Below are positions 40,914 through 52,489 of a DNA stretch of 64,000 bases, piece by piece; within the stretch, counting starts at the first letter, position 1, and each line of letters begins with the position of its first letter. The translations under genes were made by a program, and so were the position numbers. Source of the DNA: Eledone cirrhosa (lineage: Eukaryota); assembly GCA_964016885.1 (NCBI GenBank), contig OZ024752.1, positions 47,616,001-47,680,000 on the forward strand, given 5' to 3'. The notes below the pieces were generated by a model, which had not been told where the DNA came from, made no database searches, and was given only the letters and a program-made list of their open reading frames with translations.

Positions 40914-40962
<49 letters not shown>

Positions 40963-40966
<4 letters not shown>

Positions 40967-41147
40967 TTAATATAGATGAGATTCTACAGGACTAGAACTG
41001 TTTCATTCATTAGAAGATTCCTGATGATTTCTAATGAATGAAACAGTTCTAGTCCTGTAAAATCTCATCTATATTAAAACTTTTATACTCTGCTATGTAT
41101 TGAGTACCTTACTTACTGTGGTTACCTCCAATTCAACCCGGAATAAC

Positions 41148-41148
<1 letters not shown>
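40963..41148 (+). mobile_element. PLE-like fold-back mini-element, family D
   Basis: 53-bp arms 40963-41015 and 41029-41081 with one mismatch, plus tail to 41148; decayed homolog at ~26510-26643. Confidence 0.85.
41015..41065 (+). ncRNA. Type I hammerhead motif
   Basis: AGATTC-CTGATGA-TTTC(TAAT)GAAT-GAAACAG(TTCTAGTC)CTGTA-AAATCT; U.U at the base of stem II; first stem I pair broken here but intact in the inverted arm. Confidence 0.7.
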
Positions 41149-41182
<34 letters not shown>

Positions 41183-41348
41183 ATATACATGTATATGCAA
41201 GTATATCTGTATAATCAACACATATCCTGTGGTTTAACAATTCTCTTGAGTTCTCTATTTCCTTTCGCTATCCTTTTATTGCTTAATTAGCTGTTAATCC
41301 AAACCAATTTATCTGCCGTGTAGATGTCACAGTGCCCTAACTCCCTCC

Positions 41349-41382
<34 letters not shown>

Positions 41383-41920
41383 CACACACACACACACACA
41401 CTGTGTCTGGTTGCCCCTGTCTATCTCTCTGCACTCATCCCTGCATCAACAAAAATCCACCCAGTTTCCAAAGTTATTACCTCATATATTTTCATTAATA
41501 GTAATAATAATAACAATAATAATGATAATAATGAAAATAACAATAACAAGAAGAGGGAGGAGGAAATCAAGGAGGAGATGGAGGGGGGGGGGGGGGTAGC
41601 AGGAGGAGGGCGATGAGGGAGAGGTGGAGTAGTAGGAGGAGGGAACTGAAGAGAGTAAGCATGTGTGTGTGAGGAAAGAAATTGAAGGAGAGACAATTGA
41701 GAAAGATGGGAAGATGAGAGCAATGGAGAAAAGGAGAGAAAGGAGAGATATAACAGATTCAGAGACTGGTCTTTCCAGGTGTTTTCTGTCACCTGACTTA
41801 TTTCACTATTATTTAGAGTTCCTCTGCATTGTGGCACGATGTATAACAAAATATATCCACTGAGAAACAGCTAGTATTTTGTACATATATACAGAACAAT
41901 TGAAGGTCATGATAACACCT

Positions 41921-42113
41921 TGAATTCTCTCACCTCTTTCTGTTCAAACTGGCTGTAACTGGCCGCTCATACTGATGTTAAGGTATTGTTCTCAAAATAA
42001 ATAACATCACAATCTCATAGATTCAATATTATGTTAGATAATTATGTAAAATAAAGCCTTTAACACAAAAATTCAATAGTATATATAGAGTAATGTAAAT
42101 GCTAAAGGGTTAA
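41921..42113 (+). mobile_element. MITE family 1, left end missing, unexpanded
   Basis: Matches 8030-8218; ends AATGCTAAAGGGTTAA. Confidence 0.85.
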
Positions 42114-42878
42114 ATTTACATATTATTTGTTGTGTATATATATGTACAAGACCCCTAGCTGTTCTATCTAACTGCAGTAACATTATTTCCATATAAGTAT
42201 CAGTAATAGAATATCTTCTATAGTCCAGCACCAATATTATTTCTCAATTTCTAGATATCTAATCAATAATAAATTGGTTGCTTCTGATTTTGACTAGCTT
42301 CTTTCTTTGATCAATTCCTTAAGGGTCCATTATGTTATTTTAGAAACTACTAAATCTTGGAAATTAAGAAGTCTAAGTTGTTTTTTTAATAAGATTACAA
42401 TAACAACAACAATAAAATATGCATTTTAATCCTTTCATTACCATATTTTTAATGAAAGGCACTGCTCATGATTGTCAGATCATTTTGAAAATAATCAAGA
42501 ATTTGGAAGGATTTAGTAATATAATTGACTCTTCTATTATTAAGCTTCTGTTTGGAGAATAACTTAACAAACAGATTTTACATAAAATTATAATAAAGAT
42601 AATGAAAATTATTGTGTACAGTGTTCAGGTGCACTACAACTCATCAAAGTTGCATGTATAGTACATAGAATAATGTACAAATGCCAGGAAAGTGAACAGA
42701 CAAAATATACACACAGTCTGATAAAAAATGTTTAATCCTGTATGGTTTTTGAATAATGGGTATCCTGGGACCAAAATTGATTGTGTAAGATGTGGGCCCA
42801 GTGTGTGTGTTCATACACGCACACAAACACACACACACACACACATATATATACATACGTACACTATATATATACATA

Positions 42879-43072
42879 TATATTTAAAAAAAAAGGAAAA
42901 GAATGACTTCACTTGTAGTTCTAAACAATTTGATTTAATTTTATAATATCATGAGTTGGTAGATCATAATATTATAAAATTAAATCAAATTGTTTAGAAC
43001 TACAAGTGAAGTCATTCTTTTCCTTTTTTTAAAATATACCTAACTGTACCAAGGATTTCACACATTTTCCAA
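42879..43072 (+). mobile_element. Fold-back mini-element, family G
   Basis: ~75-bp arms 42879-42954 and 42964-43038, 9-nt loop, 34-bp tail; TA flanks. Confidence 0.75.
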
Positions 43073-43077
43073 TATAT

Positions 43078-43234
43078 ATAGGAACGAGTAGGACCCCGAC
43101 GGCTGAGCTCAAGCCATCGAAACGGCTTGAGCAGCCGTCGGGGTCCTACTCGTTCCTATTACCCACTCTACTACCCTAAGTATTGAGTACTTTGGTGCGT
43201 TATGGTCCACCTGGTTCCTTACCACATTTCCTTC

Positions 43235-43235
<1 letters not shown>
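43078..43235 (+). mobile_element. Family C fold-back element
   Basis: Palindrome 43078-43159 plus the same tail as the 2653 copy. Confidence 0.8.
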
Positions 43236-43277
<42 letters not shown>

Positions 43278-43606
43278 GGAGGCACATGGCTTAGTGGTTA
43301 GAGCATTGGGCTTGCAATCGAAAGGTTGTGAGTTCAATTCTCAGACCGGGTGATGTGTTGTTTCCTTGAGCAAGACACTTTATTTCACATTGCTCCAGTT
43401 TACTCAGCTGTAGAAATGAGATGATAGGGGCTGGGGTCCCTATCATTCCACTGCAAAGTGGTCGTGGAGGTGCCACGGCAAAAAAGCACCCAGCACTCAC
43501 TGTAAATGAGGTTGGTGTTAGGAAGGGCATCCAGCTGTAGAAATCAAGCCAGCATCAGTTCCCGTCCCACCCTTGCAAGCAGGGAAAAAGCGGACGTAAA
43601 ATGATA
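43278..43606 (+). mobile_element. CORE-like SINE, full length
   Basis: Complete tRNA head, CORE-like block, hairpin and RTE-type tail. Confidence 0.92.
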
Positions 43607-43727
43607 GTATAGATAGATAGTATATAGTTCAAAAGGACAAATAAACAAATGCAGGAGTCAATAGTAAATAGTGTTATTAGTTTCACACCTCAGAATGAAG
43701 GTAATAAAAACCAGTTGAACCATTACT

Positions 43728-43889
43728 GACCAGAGTACTCAATACTTGGGGTAGTAGAGTGGGTAATATGAAAAATTTGGGTCCCTGACTGCTGAGTTTT
43801 TGCTGTTTCAACAGCTAGATCTGAACAGTTCCGATCTAGCTGTTGAAACGGCAGGAGCTCAGCCATCGGGGTCCCACATTTTTCAGATA
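43728..43889 (-). mobile_element. Family C fold-back element (older, diverged)
   Basis: Imperfect palindrome 43767-43889 plus partial tail. Confidence 0.7.
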
Positions 43890-45103
43890 TCATCATCATC
43901 GTTTAATGTCTATCTTCCACGCTAGCATGGGTTAGACGGGAATTGTCCCACTCGAGGCAAGATTGGTCAGGTGACCGTGTCTCACTCATATAAGACTATC
44001 TGGCAGGTTTTCTACGGCTGGATGCCCTTCCCAACACAGACCACATTTACAGTGTGGACTGGGATCCTTTTTACTGTGTGTCCTACATGGCCACATTATA
44101 GCGTAGACTGTGTGTTTTTTTGTCGTGACACCTACATGAGCTCTTTAGTTTGGACTGGATGTTGTGGAGTACGGGTAGTGGGTTGGGGTGTATATTTGGT
44201 TAGGAGGGGCCTACTGACTGTAGGTTAACTTTATATATATATACATTAGTAAGTTTGTCTCTTTAGGGGGTCTGTACACATAAGTATATATACGTAGATC
44301 TGACTTTTTTTTTTTTACATTTTCTTTTTCTCATTTTCTCATCATCTTTTTTAAAAACTACAACTATATTCCAATCCCTCCTCCTCTCCCTTTCACTCAT
44401 CTCTCTTCATTGTATGTAATATTGTGGTTGCATTTTTTATTTTATATTATCATTTTTATATTTCATATTTTTCGAAAAATTTATTAGGTGTATTTTTTTA
44501 TTTTTTTGCATCCTAAAAGTTTTGCAATTAAATAAATAAATAAATAAATAAATGAATAAGTAAAATACGTAAACAGAGATCCCCCCCCCCCCCATAACCT
44601 TTCCATCAAAATTTAATAACCAGTACCATTTAACAAAATGGTGTGTAATTTTCCATGTGAAAATATTTCTTTCTCACCAACAGAATATAATTCCTGTTTT
44701 GGAAAACTATTAGTGGGCTTTTGTGTTTTATTATTGTGTTTTATATGTACAAATGGTTGTGTTGCTACTTCTAGTTTCAGTAAGAGGGTAAAAAAAAAAA
44801 AAAAAAATTTTCTTTTCAAAACTACACATTCCTGTAGTTATTAATATTATTGTTAATGTTATTTTTATCATCATCATCATCATTATTACCATTATCAGTC
44901 AATTGTTTATTATTATTATTATTATTATTATGATTATATTTATCATCATTATCACCATCATTACTATTATTAGTCATTTGTTTATTATTATTATTATTAT
45001 TATTATTATCATTATTATTGTGAGTTCTTTAATATAATTATTGAAATCTCCAAGTATAGTAAATGTGTAGAAATTATAACTTTCTCGAGGAAATTTCTGA
45101 CGG

Positions 45104-45134
<31 letters not shown>

Positions 45135-45604
45135 TATATGACAAAATATATATTAAAACAAAGTGAGAAAAATATTACTTCTACAGTTCTATTCTATTTA
45201 TTTTGTTTAGGTTTCTTATTACAAAAGTCATTATTACAAAATAGGAAAATAAAATGTAATAATTACTGTTAGTTTTGGTGGCAGAAAAGGAGGGTGAGGT
45301 GTTCGTTTTTTTTTTTGGTTTTTTTTTTTACCATTCAGTAATTTGAGCAATAGAGTCATCTCTACTGTTTTCCCATACATCACAACTAATGAGTTTCACC
45401 TATCTTTATGCTCCTCTTTTTAATTTCTTTCTATCTCTCTATAACAAACTCTCTCTGTGTATATACACATACACACACACATATATATTCATATATGTAC
45501 ATACACACATATATATATACATACATATATATATATACACATACATATATATACACATACATATATATACACATACATATATATACACATACATATATAT
45601 ACAC

Positions 45605-45636
<32 letters not shown>

Positions 45637-45933
45637 ATACATATATATATACATATATATATATATATACATATATATATACATACATATATATACATAC
45701 ACAGATATATATATATATATGTATATATCGTCACTGGATGCCTATTTAGCATAGTTGCAGGAGTTAGACCATACATACATACATACATACATACATACAT
45801 ACATACATACATACATACATACACATATATATATATATATATATGTATATGTACGTACGCAGACGTAAATCTAATGGGAATATTTTCAACCTGACGGTAT
45901 ATATTCATTGATGACATTATATTAACAAACATT

Positions 45934-45970
45934 TCTCTGAGGAGCCCATCTGGGTGAAACATGTGTAAGA
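45934..45970 (+). ncRNA. Minimal type I hammerhead motif
   Basis: TCT-CTGAGGA-GCCC(ATCT)GGGT-GAAAC(ATGT)GTA-AGA; palindromic ACATGT in helix III; lies in TA-flanked insert ~45855-46027. Confidence 0.82.
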
Positions 45971-46047
45971 TTTATATAAAGAACTTGTTTTAATGGCTAG
46001 TAACTCCTTCATTTATTCATTTGTTTATATATATAAATTAACTATGG

Positions 46048-46153
46048 AGATATAAAAGATACAGAAGCGAAAACCAACCAAACAGTGAGTGTGTTCTGTT
46101 ATTATTTCTCGCAATATTATTACAACAATATGACCCTCCCCAAGTATACCAAT
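46048..46153 (+). mobile_element. PLE family A 3' terminal fragment
   Basis: Matches 40770-40871 and ends in (TA)n at the same position. Confidence 0.85.
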
Positions 46154-46229
46154 ATATATATATATGTCTCAAGGCTCTGATACCATCAACACCATAAACA
46201 CAGAGCTGACATATCTAAGAACTGACTAA

Positions 46230-46283
46230 CTGCCTGATGAGGTCATAGCCATTCAATGGCTATCATCGAAATATATATAGCAG
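46230..46283 (+). ncRNA. Type I hammerhead motif
   Basis: CTGC-CTGATGA-GGTCATAGCCAT(TCA)ATGGCTATCATC-GAAAT(ATAT)ATA-GCAG; lies in TA-flanked insert 46166-46330. Confidence 0.85.
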
Positions 46284-46325
46284 CAAATAAAGGATTATGA
46301 GTTCATGCAATTGACTTATGTTTCG

Positions 46326-46368
<43 letters not shown>

Positions 46369-46514
46369 CCTTGCAAGCAGGGAAAAGCGGATGTATGATG
46401 ATGATGATGATGTATATATTTATATATATATATGTTCACCGCATCGGTAGGGGTTCTCCTACATGGATATAAAGTAGTGGCCGTACTCGAAAACGAGTTG
46501 GCAGCCACCATATA

Positions 46515-46595
<81 letters not shown>

Positions 46596-46739
46596 GGTCT
46601 TTCCATTGCTGATACTATCTACCAGTCGCAACTCCTGGCAGAAAAAAAACACCAATGTGAAATAAAGTGTCTTGTTGAAGGACACAATGAAACCCCCGAT
46701 CCCAGAATTGAACTCGCAACCTCACGATTGCAAACCCTT

Positions 46740-47060
46740 CACAAATGAGTTGAGATAAAATCTGGGTGATGAACAGAATCAGATGTAGTGTGAAGGAAAG
46801 AAGATTGTGCTGGTATGGAGAGGTAAAAGTATATGGAGGATGAGAATTGGGTGAACAAATGCCAAGAGTTACAAGCTGAAGGAAACCGTGGAAATAGGAA
46901 AATCATGGAAGACATTGACAGAATGGCAGAGGGCTGATCTGATGGTGCTGAACTTCCCAAAGAAGATGATAAATGATAGAGACAAAGGGCAGGATGGTGA
47001 ACTGGAAAAGACTTGTTTAACCCATGTAGATAAGGAAAAATGGATGCAACAATGATGATG
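46740..47060 (+). pseudogene. RTE LINE 3' end with tail
   Basis: ..RIRCSVKERRLCWYG..MEDENWVNKCQELQAEG..RKSWK.. followed by AACCCATGTAGATAAGGAAAAATGGATGCAACAATGATGATG. Confidence 0.7.
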
Positions 47061-47478
47061 TATACTCATCTAATACATATTAGATCATTACCACCATCAT
47101 TCATCATTTCAACATCTTCTTTCCTTGTTAGCAAGGGTTGGATGGGTCTACATAAACCAAGTAAATACTGAAATGGTGGCTACTGATCTCCCAGACAAGC
47201 CAGGGATCAATTGTCTCGATTATGTACGGCCTCATGTTAAGATGATTACGTGTTTTTCTATCCATACATCATCATCATCATCATCATAATCATTTAACGT
47301 CTATCTTCCATGCTAGCATGGGTTAGACGGGAATTGTCCCACTTGAGGCAGGATTGGTCAGGTGACCATGTCTCGGTCGTATAGGACTATCTGGCTTGAT
47401 TTCTACGGCTGGATGCCCTTCCTAACACCAACCACATTTACATAGATAGATTTTATGTTTCCTTTTATAAAGTAAAAT

Positions 47479-47532
<54 letters not shown>

Positions 47533-47534
<2 letters not shown>

Positions 47535-47875
47535 TCGTTTCTGAATTTGTTTAGCAAGATTCTTTATCTGAAAACGTGTGTTGAAACCGATATTGTTATA
47601 CTTTGGGAGCACACAACACACACACAGAAACAAGATGGCGTAGGACAGAACAAAGGAGAGGCACAAAAACAAAGAAAAGAATCCCCAGTCACTGAAGAGG
47701 TCACAGAATGTGTGACGAAAGAACTTTGACAATATATAAACAACCATCTGGTAGTGGAACCAACCAACCATCCGGAAATTTATAAATTCCTAAATTTATA
47801 AATTCATTATAATAAATTGAAGTGAAAGCAATGGTGCGTGTGTTTCTTATTGGCAACATGACCCTCCCAAAGTAT

Positions 47876-47881
<6 letters not shown>
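47533..47881 (+). mobile_element. PLE family B pLTR with 5' inverted terminus and tail
   Basis: Inverted end 47533-47609, body with hammerhead, terminus ATGACCCTCCCAAAGTATAACAAT; TA flanks. Confidence 0.87.
47688..47730 (+). ncRNA. Type I hammerhead ribozyme motif
   Basis: GTCA-CTGAAGA-G-GTCACA(GAATG)TGTGAC-GAAAG-AA-CTT-TGAC; perfect stems I and II. Confidence 0.88.
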
Positions 47882-47907
<26 letters not shown>

Positions 47908-48029
47908 GAAAATGTGAAGTAGTTTCAGATGTTAAAGTCCTTTATAAGGCTGTGATACACACACACACACATATATATATATATATTGGGTTGTCAAGTA
48001 TTAACTTTATAGTGTGGCATATGGTGATA

Positions 48030-48565
48030 TTGTTTCCTCCCGTTACATTGTATGTCTACGCCATTTTTATTTAGTCTGTCTATATATTTATTTATTTATT
48101 TGTTTGTTTGTTTATTTTATTTTGTCTTCTTTGCGCATGCGTTTGCGTGTGTGTATAGTGTTTTGTTTGATGTGTGTTCGTGATTGGGTGACTGTGTATC
48201 GGTTAATGTATTCTATCTTTACTAGTGTGTGTTTATATGTGTTTGTTGTTATTGTGCTTGTGTATGTATTTATTTATTTATTTATCTATTTATTTATTTA
48301 TTTATTTATACTTCTCTTAGGACAGTGTTGTTTGTTTGGGTGTTGTTGTTATTCCATTCATTCTTTCTGTTTAGCCTTGGCCTTCTAAGTTCTATTTCAC
48401 TGGCCTCTCTGATTTGCCTGTCTGCTCGGTCATTTCTATGTTTAGATATTATTCTGTTATTAATTTTGGCAATATTACACAAATATGACCCTCCCTAAGT
48501 ATAACAATATTTGTTTCGACACACGATTTCATATAAAAAACCTCACAAAACTAATTCATCGCCGT
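48030..48565 (-). mobile_element. PLE family A partial copy with inversion
   Basis: 48030-48454 is the reverse complement of ~40226-40624, joined through TTCT microhomology to an oppositely oriented terminus and tail (48451-48565). Confidence 0.88.
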
Positions 48566-48579
48566 TATATATATATGTT

Positions 48580-48905
48580 AGATTGGCAGTATCGGTAGAG
48601 AGTTGGACACCATGCTTTGCAGCATAGAGTTACAGTCCTTTATCGTCTGAGTTCAAATCCCACCGAGGTAAACTTTGCCTTTCATCCTTACGGGGTCGAT
48701 AAAATAAAGTACCAGTAACGCACTGGGTAATTACTGGCCTTGTGCCAAAAGTAGAAACAGTTATATATATATATATATATATGTGAAGGCGTGTGGCTGA
48801 GTGGTTAGAGTATTGGATTCACAATCGTGAGGTTGTGAGTTCGATTCCTGAACCAGGCGATGCGTTATGTCCTTGAGCAAGACACTTTATTTCACGTTGC
48901 TCCTT
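48580..48905 (+). mobile_element. Meta-like SINE (48580-48762) and CORE-like SINE head (48786-48905)
   Basis: Family matches, separated by (TA)n. Confidence 0.8.
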
Positions 48906-49447
48906 CTACCTGGAGTTGCGACCGATAGATAGTATTAGCAATTGGAAAGACCAACGGAAACATAGTTTCCTCGGTCCGATTTGACGAAAGTCGGTCGACT
49001 AGAATATATATATATATAAGTTTAACCCTTTTAATACCAAACTGACTGTAACTGCTACTAGTTTTATTATACAAAGCCATTAATTTTCAAGTGTTTTTAT
49101 TCATTTAAAATCTTCCATTATAATTTTATGGGATAACTTTTCTGAAGTTATGTCACAAACACCAGTTTAATGATCAGAAAGTTATCTTACTAAATCCCTT
49201 AAAAATTCCAGATTATTTTACAAATCATTTGAAAATCATAGAAAGTGTAAAAATCAGTAGAAATGTGGTTAACAATGAAATCCTGATTTCTAAGATGATA
49301 TTTCTTCTCATATTGCTATGAAAGTGTGCGCATATGTGCGTGAGAATGTGTGTGTATGCATGACATTGTGTGTATGTGCATATATTTATATGTGAGAAAT
49401 TGTATGAATCTATATGTATCATTTGTAGTAGTATATTCTATTTCTAA

Positions 49448-49448
<1 letters not shown>

Positions 49449-49494
<46 letters not shown>

Positions 49495-49505
49495 TACATA
49501 TATAA

Positions 49506-49556
<51 letters not shown>

Positions 49557-49587
49557 TAATGCAATATATATATATATATATATATAC

Positions 49588-49630
<43 letters not shown>

Positions 49631-49637
49631 TAATGCA

Positions 49638-49724
<87 letters not shown>

Positions 49725-49737
49725 CATATATATATAC

Positions 49738-49773
<36 letters not shown>

Positions 49774-49985
49774 TTATGTAATAAATATATATATATACAT
49801 ATATATATACATATATATATATATACATATATATACTATATATATATATATATACACATATATATACTATATATATAAATATACATATATATATATACAT
49901 ATATATATATATTATATATATATATAATGCAATATATATATACACATATATATATATATAATGCAAAATATATATATATATACAT
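49449..49985. repeat. (TA)n microsatellite
   Basis: Direct reading. Confidence 0.95.
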
Positions 49986-50701
49986 ATTTTTTTTTTTTTG
50001 CTTTTTTTTGGTGTGTGGGTCAGGGATGCAGAGGGAGATGAGGAGATACATTTTATAGTTTTTAATTGTTTAAAAATATTATTATTATTATTATTATTGT
50101 TATTATTATTCGTGATTCTCACAAAGTATTAATTAAAAGAATTTAGTATGCTTTGATATTATGAAAATTAATGGACTATATATTGCCAACAGGTTGAATC
50201 CATAGAGTTGATTAATTTTAGTTTTAGAGAGAGACACACACACACACACACACACATACATACACACACATATATAAAAAAAGAAGAATTAGAAGAAAAT
50301 ATGGGAAAAAAAAACCAAAAAAAAAACCCCCCAACTAAAAATATAAAATTTGAAATCAATCAATGCCTACTAATTTCACTGTAATGCTACATTTCGAGAG
50401 GTGGGAGGGGGTGGGGCTGTAGAAAGAAGTAAGATAAATGGGGGGGGGGGGGGGTTTGAGGTGTATGGATAAAAAAAAAAATAACATATAAAGAAGTTCT
50501 AAGACGTGTGATGATGTTAAGTTCTCCCCCCCTCCTCTCGAAGAAGAAGAAGAAGAAGAAAAAACAACATGAATTGATACAATGATTCCTTCTTGTCTTT
50601 CTTTTTTTTTTTTTTGAAATGTGAGGCCAATTTTTGTAGGTGATGATCTGTCATCATCAACATCGTCATCATTGTCATCAATCATCGTCATCATCGTCAT
50701 C

Positions 50702-50733
<32 letters not shown>

Positions 50734-50961
50734 CCACCATTATTGTTTTATGGCTGCTATTCTCTATTCCATGCCGTCATGGATTCGACTGGTTATCACA
50801 GCCCATGTCAGTTCTCATTTACAGTTATTGCCCCCCTAGATGGGTTAAAGGGCCACATCTTGCTCACTCGTATACGCTCCAGTTTTTTTTTTTATAGAGG
50901 TTTTTTAGCAGTTAAGTTGTGTTATAGTAGCGCCACGAGTAATCAGTTTGGTAGAAAGATG

Positions 50962-51176
50962 TCATCATCATCATCATCATCATTTTACGTCTGCTTTTCC
51001 CTGCTTGCAAGGGTGGGACGGGAACTGATTCTGGCTTGATTTCTACAGCTGGATGCCCTTCCTAACACCAACCTCATTTACAGTGAGTGCTGGGTGCTTT
51101 TCTGCCGTGGCACCTCCACGACCACTTTGCAGTGGAATGATAGGGACCCCAGTCCCTATCATCTCATTTCTACAGA
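50962..51176 (-). mobile_element. CORE-like SINE 3' half
   Basis: Family match with (CAT)n tail on the plus strand. Confidence 0.85.
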
Positions 51177-52269
51177 TGTGTTTATGTTATATCGTCAAAC
51201 GAGTAACATGATAACAACGTCAACAAGAAGAATGTTCGTAAGATGAAATTGTATGTTTATTTTTGTTGTAGCACAAAGTAATGTTTGTTGATTTGTATGG
51301 TAGAAGTTAACCATAAAAAGGTTACAAAAGGAATGTGCCATTGTGCCAGGCCCGAGGCAGGCTGGCAGGCCAAAGTGCAAATCTCACCATTACATATTGT
51401 TTGTGTCGTTCCTTCAGCATTCAAGCAGCAAGAGACCAAGTGGTCTTTACATTACCATGTTCAGGATGCGAGAGGCAGATTTTTCCAATCTACGCGGGGA
51501 ATTTCTCCCTCAGGGCGCGTAGGGATACGTTCTCTTCTACTGGTGTTGATTGGCTGAGCTGAGCCAAATCACGCACAGAGAAGGTATGCGAGCCCGCGGA
51601 ATGTAGGTCACTACAGTTTCTATGACTGAACACCTTTTCCTAACATCAACCACTTGATGTAGTGCATTACTGGATATATTTTATTGCAGCACCAGCAATA
51701 GTGAGGCTGTCATACCCTCAGCAAATCTAAGGAGTCCATTCTAATCCAAGTTTTCTCTGCACATCCACCAGCTACTTTATAAAGTATGCTGGGTTCATTT
51801 TATTGTGGCCCCAACACTGAGTTCGAATCCTGGCGAATGTGCAGAGAAAACTTATATCATTTTCTTTCTAATTCTCCTCTATTGACACTATTTTCTCCTT
51901 GTTTTACTGAGTCAATCACAGTTTTATTAATATGACTTGTCCGACAGACAACCTTTTCCCCCACCCCGGAAAAAACCCCAGTTGATGGATGTGAATCCGA
52001 AATATATAGGGACTATTAAATCTCTCCCAAGGTAACTCTCTCTTGTGTTGTTATTATTATTTTTATCCTTTTACTCTGCCCTTCATTCTACACATCTCAC
52101 ACACCTTATAAACACCACGCATCTCAACATACACCCACTTACATCTCTCTCTCCACCACCGGACCTTGTTACCCGGAGATTTACCCATTTGCATTGTCGA
52201 GGCTTCCAAACGACTTATAGATATTTACTTATTGTTCCACAATGCTTCAAGCAAACTTCAATACTCTCT

Positions 52270-52468
52270 TATAATAATAATTGTTTCTACTTTTGGCACA
52301 AGGCCAGCAATCACCAAGTACATTACTGGTACTTTATTTTATCGACCCCGTAAGGATAAAAAGCAAAGTTAACCTCGACGGGATTTGAACTCAGACCGTA
52401 AAGGGACATAACTATGCATCAAAGCATGGTGTATCGACCCTCCACCGATACTGCCAATTCACCGCCCT
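52270..52468 (-). mobile_element. Meta-domain-like SINE
   Basis: Family match; a second copy in the opposite orientation lies at 52845-53030. Confidence 0.88.
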
Positions 52469-52489
52469 AATATGATAATGATTATTCAT

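Larger units (their letters stand above)
39216..40918 (+). mobile_element. Penelope-like retroelement (family A), 5'-truncated, with inverted pLTR end and tail
   Basis: 39216-39263 is an inverted copy of 40827-40871; RT-thumb plus GIY-YIG coding region; hammerhead in the 3' region; inserted in (TA)n. Confidence 0.93.
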
